From: Guillardia theta CCMP2712
Taxonomy: Eukaryota; Protista; Cryptophyta
Length of the DNA: 64,000 nucleotides
Direction of reading: 5' to 3'
NCBI RefSeq assembly: GCF_000315625.1
Contig: NW_005434591.1
Span: 245,895-309,894, forward strand
Shown: positions 11,719 to 24,701 of the stretch, piece by piece
How the letters are laid out: the number at the start of each line of letters is the position of its first letter
How positions within the stretch are numbered: the stretch's first letter is position 1
Translations under genes and position numbers: made by a program
Notes under the pieces: generated by a model
The model's input: only the letters and a program-made list of their open reading frames with translations
The model's database searches: none
What the model was told of the DNA's origin: nothing

Positions 11719-14700
11719 TTAAGAAACACAACAACAGCAATCATTTACAACGTCATTATCTGCAAAGGTATACAATCAGCAGACCATCATTGCGAGTAAA
11801 AGATTTGAATTTTACCTGGAGCATGGTTTTCCTGTTCATCAACGTTGGTATGATGATTTGATGGATCTTCATTCGAATCTGCTGTCGCCAACATTGGGCT
11901 AGGCTGCAAGCAACTTGTCTGAGAGCATCTGACACCATTGACGCTCATATCAATGCAAGAATCATCATCCTTGCTTTCATTCCGGCAGGCTAAGGCCAAC
12001 AACTCTGGAGTCAAAATCACTTGATCTTCGGTCTTGACCGGACGGTTTATTTTGACGATGACAGCTTTCTGAATCAAGCTGTCTTGGAGGTGCGACAATT
12101 GAATGTCAACGTCTTCGGGTACAACGCTACTGGCTTGTGATTCTTCAGTGATGAACGCCAAGGAACCTGTTTCAGGCTTCCAGAGCAAGATGGATTGAAG
12201 ATATCTTTGAATCTGGTTTGCTGCAATTGACTTATCAAATCTCTCTGTTGGTATGTCAAGCCGTGCTTCAGCATCTGCCCCAAACTTTTCTTCAAATGAC
12301 ACCCTCGCCTTTGAATTATTTCCATTCAGAAATCGAAAAGAACCCACGCAATTGAAGTCTTTTCCTTTCTCGTCGTGAAGGGCATGTAGACCAGTCAGTC
12401 TCAGAACTGCTTGTCCGTAGATAACAGTTGCAAAGTCCTCACATTCAGCGCATCGTCCTACCAGCACACCAGCAGCGGTCAAGCTCATGATGGTAGCGAT
12501 GCCTCCTGTAGCGACGGAAAGAGCAACCATACCAGCTCCAGCAGCAATGCCTCCTACAATGGCAGTCGTGGTCCAGGTAGCTGTGTTGTCACTTCTCTTC
12601 TCTTCCCAGAAATCTTTCCACTTGGATTTCTTGGGGCCGAGCAAGCGAGCAACGAGGTCGCTTTCATTGACGTAGCACCTCGTTGCACGTGAGAGCTGCG
12701 GCAGGACTCGACTAGTCGACATGTCGCGACAAAAGACGGTCAGAGGAGATCCGAGCTGAACGACCTCGAAAGCTTGGAAGAAGTGCTTACATTCGTTCTT
12801 CCCCAACATCATCAACCGAGCCACCATCGCAAAGCAACCTCCGATGGCATGTCCCGAGAAAACAAACCTCTTGATGTCATGAGAAACACTGACTGAAAGA
12901 AGCTTCGCTACAAAGTCCTCGTAAATCTGTTTCATTCCTTGGTAGATCAAAGTCGAAACTTGAACATTGACATCTTCCTCCAATCGAGTCTTCTCCATCA
13001 GCTGTCCGATTCGCTGCGACTTCAAATCGCCAAAAGACGACTTTAAAAACGAAATGACCTTGTCTGCGGTCAGAGATTGAAAATCTTCTTTTTTCTCTAT
13101 GATTTGAAAGAAAACCAGGAAATCGTCAGCTCCGACAGTGAAGATGACATGACATGTTCCAACATTATCCTTGATGAACACAATTGAAGGAATCAAAGCA
13201 CTTGACTGCTTTGTCGTCGCTCCTACGGCTGAATGCGACGTGAGCACTTCGAACTTGACACGGTGATTCACAAGTGATGCCAAAAGACCATTTTGCAAAG
13301 ATTGCACAGGAATCAAACAACAATAGCTATTGAAGCAACACAAATTCAACTTGGCAGCACAAGAGTCCGTCTCATGCTTCAAAGAATTCAAGTTCTTCTT
13401 GAGCTCAGAAATGTTTCTTCTCATGGACTTTTCGTTTGCAATCAATTGAAAATCTTCAATGTAACATTGAAGATTTTCAAAAATTGGTTTGAAAACTTCT
13501 TTGATTTCAGCACTTGGCAAAATATTGATAATTGCATCTCGGAGCAAGTCAGCAATCATCCGCTTTTTGGTGTGCTGGGCGTACAGGTCGAATAAAGTCT
13601 CAACGCTTTCAAGTCTCACTGCCATTGTTGACCTCTCCATGCCATGCGCTAATCGTGAAAGAACAGAGAGAACTTTACAGCTCCTCAATAGCAGCACACG
13701 ATCACTGATGTGTTTCAGTCCACACGCAATCGAATACAAGAGGAAGGTGCTTGGCAGGTACTTGAGCATCATATCAAGATTTACGGAAGTACACCTGACA
13801 AGTTCTTTCAAGGCATTCGACCTCGAGGTCTCGTCTTCAGCATGATTCGAATCATGTAATAGTCTTCGCATTGACAAGATACCAGAAATCTGATCATCGC
13901 AGCAAAGGGTGATATCATTCCTTAGGCTCGAGTTACAAGGATCAAGAGCAAGGATTCGAAGCAAGAACGATTCACTCCTGTAGAGAGTGTTGATGTCAAG
14001 ATTCTCATCACTCAACTTTTGAAAGTCTTCAACCATCAATGAGCAGGCTACCAAGTCCTGAAAATTTCCTTCTGTCTGAAAGTTGATTGCCAACTTCTTC
14101 GATTCCTCTGCCAAGTCATCTGGGATATCAGGTCCCATGAGCCAATACGCTCGTCCAATGCTCTCAGCAAAGTGTCCCATGATCTGCAACGGCCTTGGAG
14201 TCGAATCTTTTATATCCTCCTCCTTCAAGGCCCGTTTGTCCAGCAGGAAGGCAAAGTAAATCAGTTCTACTTGAAAAGACCGAAGCATTCCCAATGTATA
14301 CCGCTGCAAACGAACGAGCAAAGTGGACTTGTCTGCGATGTTGCTGCACTCACCACTCTTGAAGTATGAAGCAAGCAATGAACGATACTCTTTAAACAAC
14401 GATTCGTTCATGTATTTGTTTGCCTTGAACTGCAATTGCCTCAAATTGTTCAAAGCTGTGGGATCCGCTGGATTCTTGTCCAGTATGATAGACATCACTG
14501 TCAAGCATCCAGCCTCGAGTTCTCGTAATGGACTTAAAGCCATATCATTTTCCAGTCTTTCTAATCTTTTTTTGAGTTTCTCATAGTTATCTTCAATTTT
14601 TGCCATGTCGTTTCTCAATTCCTGAAGATTGTTGTACACTGAAGGAAAAATGGTGAAAACTTTTGCCGAGTCCATATACAATTCGGATTTGAGAGTGGCT

Positions 14701-15671
14701 TTGAGAACACTGCACAAATGGAACATCAGCTCTGCCCAATAGTTCATTTCTCGAACACCATTGCTGGCATTCATGATCAAACAGATCCAATAATGCTTGC
14801 ATAGGTGCATCGGTACAAGTCTTCTTACAAGTTCATAGAGTCTATTTGTCCAACCAATCGTTTTAGTTACGACGAGTATCTTCGACATCTTAGCCACCAT
14901 TGTCGGACAACCTCCGTATACCTGTTCTTGTCCCTCGTGTTGAAACTTCCAACTGATGAACCATCCAAGAACATTTGGGATGATATCTCCCGAGCAAACG
15001 CATCGAAGGTTGTCAGGTAAGTTCGAGTCGCATAAGCTCACGAACTCACTGTCACCAACATGTGGTTTGCCGAATGATCTCACAAACACTTGATCTTTCT
15101 GAACCAAACCGTGCACAACCAAATCAAGTCCGGCCAACGTCGCCAACGCCCCACCCAGTGAATGCCCGCAAAGAATGACCTGAGAATACTTGCTCGCAGA
15201 TTCTAACACCTCTGTTTGATACATTGAATCATTCCTGATATCAAGATAGCATTTTAGAAACCCTTTATGTACCCGAGGCGAGCTGCTGCCGCTCGTTTTG
15301 AAGCCCCCAATGCTCGAAAGGAGTATCAATGAACATGAGATGTCATCCAAGAAATTCTTCAAGGTCGCTGTGCCTCTGAAAGCAACAACAAGGCACTCTT
15401 TCTCATCCTCAGGATTGGTAATCTTCCATATGACTATCTGAGTCCCCCTTCGCTCTAAGATCAGAGGCTTTGCTGAATAGCGAGGCCGTCCAGCAAACAA
15501 CAGCTCGTCGTCGTCGTCGTCGCCGCCGCCGCCGTCTTCTTCTCCCAGCAATACTTGTTTCGTCCAGTAGGCTGAGAATGCAGCACGAGCACAGTCTAGG
15601 ATAGGAACAGCGCATGGACTCGTCTCCATCTTCCCCGTCATTGTTTCCGTATCGTCGTCGGTTGGACCCAT
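11719..15671 (-). CDS. Class-3 lipase + helical region + degenerate second lipase-like domain, ending in CCCCVS
   Basis: 1303-aa ORF. Domain 1: VVAFRGT, VHKGF, GHSLGG (about 15150-15167), FGKPHVGD, DIIP, H..KHY. Domain 2: FSGHAIGG (about 12837-12854), LGSPL, YVNESDLVARLL. First ATG at 15671. A 56-nt intron (11760-11815) gives the last exon DNDVVNDCCCCVS* with TAA at 11719-11721. Confidence 0.85.
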
Positions 15672-15846
15672 TACGGCAACCAGCTGTGATCCTATCACCC
15701 CCCTCTATTCCCCACCCAACCCCCCTCCTCTGGTACTACTAACCCCCCTTACGTCTGACCACCCTTCTAATTCCGACCTCATCACCCACCCCCCTGACCA
15801 GGTCCCACTGAAGAAGTCCGAGACATAAAACTTTATAAAAGGGTAC

Positions 15847-16084
15847 CTCGCCGTCAAGTTCCCGCTCACTCCGGACTAGCTCCTGGTACAAATGTTTTAG
15901 TCAAAGGCATTTTTAAAAAACATGTCAGGGTCAAGCCTCCTCGACTCTCTTGACTGTCCTCGTACTAATTTTTAACTTAACTTTGATTCTTATACTTTAG
16001 TCAACGTGCCCCGGCTCCTTGCCTCTTCCGGGCCTCCGGCCGGGCTCACCAGGGCCCGAGCCGCCTCAGGGCCTTCTACTCAAA
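15847..16084. repeat. Degenerate copy of the intergenic inverted-repeat element
   Basis: CTGTCCTCGTACTAATTTTTAACTTAACTTTGA at 15954-15986 and a partial inverted end TACTCAAA at 16077-16084. Upstream blocks CTCGCCGTC, AGTTCCCGC and ATGTCAGG.TCAAGCC are shared with the 26.9-kb copy. Confidence 0.65.
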
Positions 16085-16308
16085 AAAGCTCCGTGGTGCG
16101 GTTTCTTGTCCGTTGACCGAATGGTTGAGGTTTGATGGGCGGTTGCGCCATGAGGGTGAGGGTGGGAAGAGAGGGAGAAGAAGATGCGCAGAGGGCGGAG
16201 GAGAGGAGGAGGAGAGAAGCAAGGGAAGGAGAGAAGGAACAAGTCTCAAGGCTTTGAAAGAAGGACAAGTAAGAGAGTCGGATATTTCAAGAAACCTTCA
16301 ACGGAGCG

Positions 16309-18316
16309 ATGGAAGAATCGAAGACGTCCGAAGGTCTGATCAAGAATGCAGGAGGACTGACGGGAACAACTCCTAGAGAGATGGTGCGAGAGGACGGCAC
16401 ATCAGACTTTGCCGGAGTGATCGGAGCCTGGAGGACTCTCATGAAAGTGATAGCTGATGAAGAGGCCAAGGAAGAGAAGGGGGAACAGGAGGAGGCCAGC
16501 TCAAAGTTCTCGAGCTCGCTAGCGACACTCTTTCAACTTCAATGTGACCTGATCGAGAGCCTTGAAGGCAACGCAGCTCCGGCAGAGCTGGAGACCGTGA
16601 TGAAGCGGATAGCTTCGACGTCCTCAGCTCTAGAGCATCGTATGTCCCGAGAGACCGCACAAGGGCAGCGAGATCAAGGCAGCATGTTTCACTATGAGAG
16701 AGTGATAGGAGGAGCTATCCTCGCAGGGATCTCTTGGTTGTACTCGGAGGACCCCTCCTACGAGCTCACCAGCGCCATATTCTCCTTGCCTTTCCTCGTC
16801 CAACAGCACAAGTTTGACTCCCTGCCTGCCCCTGCCCCCGAGGCCCTGAAGTTGCTCAGAAATCTCCTCTGCGTGTGGAGAGACTTTGCCAAGCTGAGGT
16901 TCCCCAAAGGCCTCGAGCTGCAGGCCCGGATGCACACGCAAGTACCAGAAACACAAAAGCAGGACACGGCTGAGAGGGGAGAGGGGAGGAGGAGGGAGAG
17001 GAGAGGGAGAGGGAGGGAGAGGGAGAGGGGAGAGGGAGAGGGAGAGGGAGAGGGAGAGGGAGAGGGAGAGGGAGAGGGAGAGGGAGAGGGAGAAAGCAGC
17101 AGCATTGCAACCAGCTGATGTTGATGCTCCGCAAGAATCGGAAGGGTTTGCAATCCCCATGGACGATGCTGACAGAGACAGTCGAGAGCTAGTGACGACA
17201 CTGCCGAATGCCAGACTGACGTCTTTGTCAAGTAACGAAGAAGAGGGAGGAAAGGTGATAGACGACGCAACATCGTTGGTAGGGGGACAGGACGGAAGTC
17301 GTGAGAAGGGAGATGTGCATGAAGTAATGCCGGTGGAACCAGAGAGGATTGAAGAGTTTGACGTGTCGACAAGAGAAAAGTCAGAGGAGGAAGAGAGTCA
17401 AGAAACGAGCGAAGGAGCACCAAAGATGGATGGGAGTGAAACGATGATGCAGCAAGAGGAAATCAGAAGTTCAGTTGGAGGGCAAAAGGAGGGGGAGCAA
17501 CAGGACACGTCGAATTTCAAACCAGCAGGCGAGGCATCGAGGGAGGGAGATGAAGGATCATACCAGAAGGAGGAGGAGAATATCCCAGGGGATGAAAAAT
17601 CAGGGAGAGAAAGCGGGGAAGTCTTGCAGGAGGAAGAAGAGAGTGAGAGGTTGGAAGGAGGTGGGGGGGAGACTAGACCTGTGCTTCCGAGGGACACACA
17701 AGACGAGATGGCAGATGTTCACAACCAACTCGATGATGAGTCTGGATGGAATCAACATATCGCTGGAGGAGGAGGAGAAGGAGAGAGAGAAGGAGAAGGA
17801 GGAGAGCAAGGAGGAAGAAGAGAAGAGGAACGAGGAGGAGAGGACGAAGGAGTGGAACGAGGAGGAGAGGGAGGAGAAGTGGAGCACGAGACTTTGCAGG
17901 CCATCGCTCCAGACATCGTCGTGGCACTGAATTCGATCGTCGAGCTGATCGAGGACATGGAGCTTGACCAGGATGGAGTCTTCGACCTCTTGGACCACAA
18001 CCGAGACGGCAGGATCACCGTCGACGACCTTGTCTGCGTCTCCGACTGCCATCACCTCGACCTTCATCCGGACCATGTCGCCCAGTTCTACGAGTGGATG
18101 AGACTAGGCGCTGAAAGCATCGATAGAGATGTATGGGCGGATGTGCTGCTGAGAGTCGACAGACTTCATCGACTTGCTCAGCAGGAGCAGGAGCAGGAGC
18201 AGGTGCAGGTGCAGGTGCAGGTGCAAGTGCAGGAGCAGGAGCAGGAGCAGGAGCTTGAGCAGGAGCAGGAGCAGGTGCAGGTGCAGGTGCAGGTGCAGGA
18301 GCTTGAGCAGGAGCTT

Positions 18317-18388
<72 letters not shown>

Positions 18389-18551
18389 AAGCAGGAGCAG
18401 GAGGATCCAACGATTAGATTTATTGGCTTGGAGGCAAACCTGAAGGATTCAAACCCCCTGGTTGCACATGCAATTTTGAATGTAGTTGGCAGCGAAGACA
18501 AGCAGGAGGAAGAGGACGCGACTATGAACTCCAGAGGAGAGGAGGAAGAGA

Positions 18552-18602
<51 letters not shown>

Positions 18603-19128
18603 AGAGACAGAGGGGTTTAGAGCTACAAACTGAGACAGAAGGGGATGGGTTGAGAGCCACCGCGGAAAAGGAGGAAGCAACGGGGGCGAGTCTGCAAGGA
18701 GAGGAGAGAGGGGAGGAGAGAGAGTCGATAAGCGAGGATGGAGGGTTGATAGGGGAAGGGGATGAAGACGGAAAGACTGAAGTCGTGAGAGAAGGAGAAA
18801 AAAAGGTGGAGGCGACTACACAGGACGAGGAGGAGAAAGCTGGGGAGACAGAAGCGGAAACGAGTGTCGAAATGCCTCGAGAACTCAAGGGGCAAGAGGA
18901 GGGGCAAGAGGAGGGGCAAGAGGAGGGGCAAGGGAGGGAGCAGCAGGAGGGGGAAGGGGAGGATCAGCTCCAGGAAATCAGTCAAGAAACTAGCACGGAA
19001 ACCACGAGCGGCCTTTGGGACAAGGACGGAGAAGCAGAAGAGAGGAAGGAGGAAGTGATGAACTTGAAAGAGACGAGAGAAGGATTGAGCAATGGCGAAG
19101 AGAAAGTCGAAGTGGTAGAGACAGTCAC

Positions 19129-19181
<53 letters not shown>

Positions 19182-22100
19182 TGAAAGAAGACGTAGATAT
19201 GCGTGATAACGATCAATCTGGTCAAAGTCAGCAAGAAGAAGAGAAAATGCTGAGAAGTGCAGTTGAAGAGGAGGGGAGAGAAGAAATCTTCATGAGCGGG
19301 CAGATAGACCGAGAGAATGCAAGTCAGTCGATGCAGGAAGCAGAAGTGACAAGGGGAGAAGAGGAGGGAGGGGGCGGAGATCAGTCGGCAGAGGCGAAGG
19401 AGGCAGAAGAAGGGAAAGAGGAGAATGGAGGAAAGGAGGAGAAGCAGGTAGTCGAAAATCAGTTGGAGACTAGCGGACAGGTATCGATGGTAGAGAAAGA
19501 GGATGAAGAAAGAGCAGATGAAGGTTGGAGGACGGGGGGGGGAGGAGGAGAAGGGGAGAAGGAGGAGGGAAAACAGCGGAAGGAAGCTGAAGAAAGGAGG
19601 GAGAGAGAGCCAGGAAGTGAAGAAACTTGTGATGAGGATCTTGGAAGAAGTGAAGTAGAACTACAGACAGGAAAGATTGAAATGACAGGAGGAAGAAGCA
19701 GAGAGGAATCGAAGGAGGGCGGAGGAAAGGAGGAGACCAATGAAGGAATGGAAGATACGGGAGAGAAAAATGACGGGGAAGATGTAGAGGGAGAGAGTAA
19801 TGAGGAGAAAACGCCAGAGCAGACAGAAAGGATGGAAGAGAAGGAGGAGAAGGCAAGAGGGAAAGTGGATGAGAGGGAGACGAAGGAGGAAGAGGAACAA
19901 GAAAAGGGTACAGGGTTAGACAGACAACAGGTAGCAATAAGTTCAGAGGAGGGCGAGACTGAGGAAAGAAGAGTTGAAGGGTCGGCGGAGATGGGAGAAG
20001 CGAGAGGAGAAGACAAGATAGAGGGGAAAGAAGATGAGAAAGAAGCAGTGTCACTCGTTGAGGTGGGAGGAGAAACAAATGGTGATGTGAAGGAGGAGGA
20101 GGAGGAAAAGGAGAAGAAACGTGAAGCAGACAGCCAGGAGCAAGAAAAAGGTTTGGAGGCTGCACAACACAAAGAGGTAAAAAGAGGAGGAGAAGAGACA
20201 AGGGGTGGAGAGGAGTTTGTGGGGAGGAATGTGCAGAGGAGGAGGAGGAGGAGGAGGAGGAGAAGGAGGAGGAGGGGGGGGTGGGGGGAAAAATAACGGA
20301 AGTTAATGAGCAGACGAAGGAAGTGTCCCTTGTATTCCCAGAGGATGAATTGAGAAAGTCGCCTCCTCCGAGCAAGGAGAAGAAAGGTGAAGAACTGACT
20401 CCTCCTCCTCCTCCTCCTCATCCTCCTCCTCCTCCTCCTCCTCCTCCTCCTCCCTCTCCTCCTCCCTCTCCTCCTCCCTCTCCTCCTCCTCTTCCTCCTC
20501 CTCTTCCTCCTCCTCTTCCTCCTCCTCTTCCTCCTTCTGCTCCTTCTCTTCTTCCTCCTCCTCCTCCTCCTCCCTCTCCTCCTCCTTTCTGTTGTCTAAT
20601 TCTCCTCCTCCTCCTTGTCTCTCTCACACTCTTCACCCGTAAATCCTCGGATTATCACCATCATCATCATCATCTGCTGCTGCTGCTCGCCTCCCTCCCT
20701 CCCCTCCCCTCCCCTCCCCTCCTTCTTCTCCTCCTCCTTCTCTCCCTCCTCCTTGAAGGCTAACCTTCCTCACTCTTTTCTGCTCCAGCACGCGACAAGC
20801 CCTTGCTCGTCAGTCTCCTCCACAACTTCGATGGCACTAGAGCTCCCAACAGCCCGCGGTCTCTGCGAGCCTGCGAGCAGGAGGGTATCCTACCTCACGA
20901 GCTCGTCCTCAAGCCTCTCGCCGCCTTCAGGGACTTCTCCTCCCCTCCTCGCGTCCACAAGATCCGCTACGAGAGCCATGAGAGGAGGAGAAAGGAGCGA
21001 CTGCAGGTCGTGCTGGCAGCAGCTCAAGCGATCCGCGACGGAGTGCAGGAGGAGAGGAGAGAGGAGCGAGGAAACAAGACCCAGGAATTGGAGATCAGGC
21101 TGGGCCAGGAGCACGAGGAGGGACAGGAGGAGGGGAAGGAAGAGGAGCGTGAGGAGGAGGAGGAGGAGGAGGAGCGAGGTGGGAGTGAGCTGGACCTCTC
21201 AGTCTCTTCCATCAGCAGAGGCAGCACAACCTCCACCACCTCTCGCTCTGCTCTCGACCGGACGGCGCACCTGCAGAAGCTGATCGCCGAGCTGAGAAAG
21301 CGAGCCGAGAACGAGTTTCAGCTGGAGATGTACAAGAGGAGAGCGCAGAACGAGAAGGAGGTGCAGGCGATACTGCAGGCTGAGACGAGGAGGAGGAGCC
21401 TTGAGTTGTCGATCCAGAACAAGATTGACGCGCAGAACAGGAAGGAGGAGGAGCGGAAGGAGGAGGAGCGAGCAAGAGTAGCAGAGCTGCGGAGGCTCGA
21501 GGCTGAGCGGCAGATGGCGAAGTTTAGGAGGCAGCAAGAGGAGGAGGAGAGTCTGAAGCGGAAGCAGGCAGAGATGGAGGAGCAGGAGAAGATGAGGAGG
21601 GAGAAGGAGAGGCAGGAGATGGAGGCGCAGGAGGAGGAGAGTCGAAGGAAGAAGGAGGAGAAAGAGAGGATACGGGAGGAGAAGGCTGAGAGGAGGAGGA
21701 GAGCAGCCCAGCGTGCGGAGGAGGAGAAGAGGAGGAGGATGGAGGAGGTGGAGGTAAAGACGCAGGTCAGGGTAGAGACACTGCAGAAAATGAAGGAGGA
21801 GAAGGTGGAGATGCTGGCGCTGCAGGAGAAGAGAAAGCAGCAGAGGAAGGAGGCGGCGCAACAGAATCTTGAGAAGATGGCGCAAGAGAAGGAGGCGAGT
21901 CTGATCAGAAAGAGCGAGCACCTTGAGAAACTTCAGTCGCTCCAGGCAGAGAGGAGGAGGCAGATCATGGAGGACCTGATGCGGATGAGCGAGAGGAAGG
22001 AGACGAAGCGGCAGCACGCGAAGGAGAAGGCGGAGACGGAGCTGAAGGAGAGGATCACCAAGATTAGGGAGAAAGAGGAAGAGACCTGTCGTCGGCTGGA

Positions 22101-22213
22101 GGAGAAGAACAAAGAGAGGACGGAGCAAGAGATCCAACGGGCCCTGGAGTCTGAGGTGAGCAGAACTCAGGAAGATCAGAAGAGTAGGGGAAGCAGAGGA
22201 GGACGAGGACGAG

Positions 22214-22249
<36 letters not shown>

Positions 22250-23579
22250 GAATGAGCAGTGGAGGGGAAGGAGGTTGGCGAAGGGAGGCGAAGAGAGTGA
22301 GGTTTGCCCAGCTCTAGTTATGGAGGAAGAGACTTGGGGAGGAAGGGGAGNNNNNNNNNNNNNNNNNNNNNNNNNNNNNNNNNNNNNNNNNNNNNNNNNN
22401 NNNNNNNNNNNNNNNNNNNNNNNNNNNNNNNNNNNNNNNNNNNNNNNNNNAGGAGGAGGAGGAGGAGATAACACGGGCGCAGATGGAGGTCGTGGAGCGG
22501 AGTAAAAGGATCGCCGAGTTTCAGAGGAAAGAGAGGATCAGGCAGATGGAGGAGGAGAAGGCTGTGGCTGAAGAGATGCAGAAAGTGAAGGAAAACATCA
22601 TGCAGCAGAAGAGAAAGTTGAAGATTGAGCTTGAAATGGTGAGAGCCTCCTCCTCCTCTCCTCCTCTCCTCCTCTCCTCCTCTCCTCCTCTCCTCCTCCT
22701 CCTCCTGGTCTGCCGTCCCCCGTGCTCTGCTTTCCTCACTCATATTAAAATCTCACGAAGGGAAGACAAAACTTGCTCAACACATTTGTCTATCAAGGAA
22801 AGGAGGAGCTGAGAAACTTTCCACCACCCTTCCCTCCCTTGCCTCTAAATCCGTCTCCTTCCTCCCCCACGCTCCTCCCTCCCCCCGCCTCCTCTCCGCC
22901 TCTCCTCGTCCGACCGCCAGGAAAGTCCAGCATGCGCTCAGCAGCTCTCAAGACCGTCAGGTCGACGATACTGCCCGGCAGCTGCAGCAGAAATCCAAAG
23001 AGGACGACAAGCAAGATTCGGAGAAGCTGGAGAAGCTGGTGGAGGAGGAGGAGAAAGAGGAGCAGGAGGCGCAGAAGAAGTTGGAGGAGGAGCTTCACGA
23101 GAAAAGAGCGGAGAAAAGGGAGGAAGAAGAAGCGAAGGGAGTGAAGGAGAGCGAGCGAGCGAGCGAAATAGGGGATGCGGGAAGCGAGGTCAGAGATGAG
23201 AGGAGGGAGGAGGAGGAGGGAGAGGACAGAGGGGTAGACAGGGAGGTCGACTGGCAGGGAGAGGAGGAGGTTGAATTTGATGCAAACAAGCATGGAGAGC
23301 GGACAAAGAAAGAATGGGAGGAGGACGAAACCAAGAATCTCAGCACGTCGGAGCGGCAAAAAGTGGATGGCCCACAGCATGAGGGAATCCCAGTCGGACA
23401 GGAGGAGGAACAGGAGGAGCAGGAGGAGACATCCAACAAAGCAGCAGCTCGTGGAGAGGCAGCGGATCTCAAGGAAGAGCAGCAGCAGCAGCGTGAAACG
23501 GAAGAAAGAAGCAAAATGGAGGACGCAAGGAAACCTTCTCCTGTGCAGACCGCAACATTACTACGCCAGGAGAAGGAGG

Positions 23580-23667
<88 letters not shown>

Positions 23668-24173
23668 GCAGAAGCAGCAGGTAGTGGTAGTGGAGAGACG
23701 GAAAGCTGAGGAGGAAGGGGATTTTCCACCCTCGAAGGGACCTCAGTCGCCTCCTCCTGATCAGACGGTAAGGCCCCTGCACAAGATCACGAGGTACGTT
23801 TCTTCCTCCTCCTCTCCCCTCCCTCACGGTCTTGTCAGAGATGAGCTCTACTCTGTTATTGCCGTCCTCCGACCAGAGCAAGCTGAGGTACAGATGGAGG
23901 GCGCGAGAGAGTGGCGGAAGAAGAGGACAGAGAAGTGGTGCTACGGCTAGGAGGAGGAGGAGGAGGAGGAGGAGGAGGAGGAGGATCAAGGAGGAGCAGG
24001 AGGAGGAGGATCAAGGAGGAGCAGGAGGAGGAGGAGGAGGATCAAGGAGGAGGAGGAGGATCGAGGAGGAGGAGGAGGAGGATCGAGGAGGAGGAGGAGG
24101 AGGAGGAGGTTGAAGGATTTTTGTTTTGCTGCAGGACGTCATTGCGCGGATGGTTATGATGAAGAAGCGATGA
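16309..24173 (+). CDS. Very large Glu/Gln-rich protein with an EF-hand and a CCDC177/DUF4659-like coiled-coil region (multi-exon; model uncertain, could be two genes)
   Basis: Consecutive ORFs at 16309, 17105, 20281, 20803, 22483 and 23039. EF-hand loop DHNRDGRITVDDL at about 17990-18030. NSPRSLRACEQEGILPHEL..YESHERRRKERL resembles the CCDC177-family SPRSL.AC motif. Intron 20387-20788 joins in frame. Probable last exon DVIARMVMMKKR* ends at 24173. Two frame changes lie inside simple repeats. Confidence 0.6.
22351..22450. other. Assembly gap (100 N)
   Basis: Run of n characters. Confidence 1.
23582..23662 (+). repeat. Coding (CAG)n polyglutamine tract
   Basis: Uninterrupted CAG run, in frame with ORF 23039..23950. 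Confidence 0.9.
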
Positions 24174-24701
24174 AAGGTAGAAGAAGCATGGAAACATAGG
24201 GATAGCAATCTTGAAAGCAACAAACAGATGAAAAAGCAGAATGTAAGTGTATATATAGGGAACAACAGACAAGAAAACATGAATCAGCATCGATATCAGA
24301 CAAACAATACAAAAAGATGCAGCAGGAGCGATTTGGCTCTTGCCACAGGAAGCTGAGAACAATTTCATTTTCCAAGAAGGAATAAATCTTTCATATCTTC
24401 ATGACTACATCCCTTCGTTTCTCTTCTCTGATCTTCTCTTCTTATTTTCTGCTTTCTTCCTTCGGTTGCAACCTATCATTTCTGGACTTGATTCTCGTTA
24501 GACATGCATGCTTCAATCTCTGGGCACTAACAGCACATTTTACCTCACAAACCTTTCATTCAAAGCAAATCGCTCATAAATAACTTACGTCGATTCCTCT
24601 CCACCTCTCCCTCTCAACTTTCCCTCCCACTCCCCTCCGCTCCCCCACAATTTCCCGCTTCTCTCTCCTGCTCTTCCCTCTCCTCTCCTCTCCTCCTCTT
24701 C

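Noticed and set aside
17398-22137. Long minus-strand Ser/Leu/Pro ORFs
   Set aside because: Antisense shadows of the GAG/CAG-rich plus-strand coding sequence.
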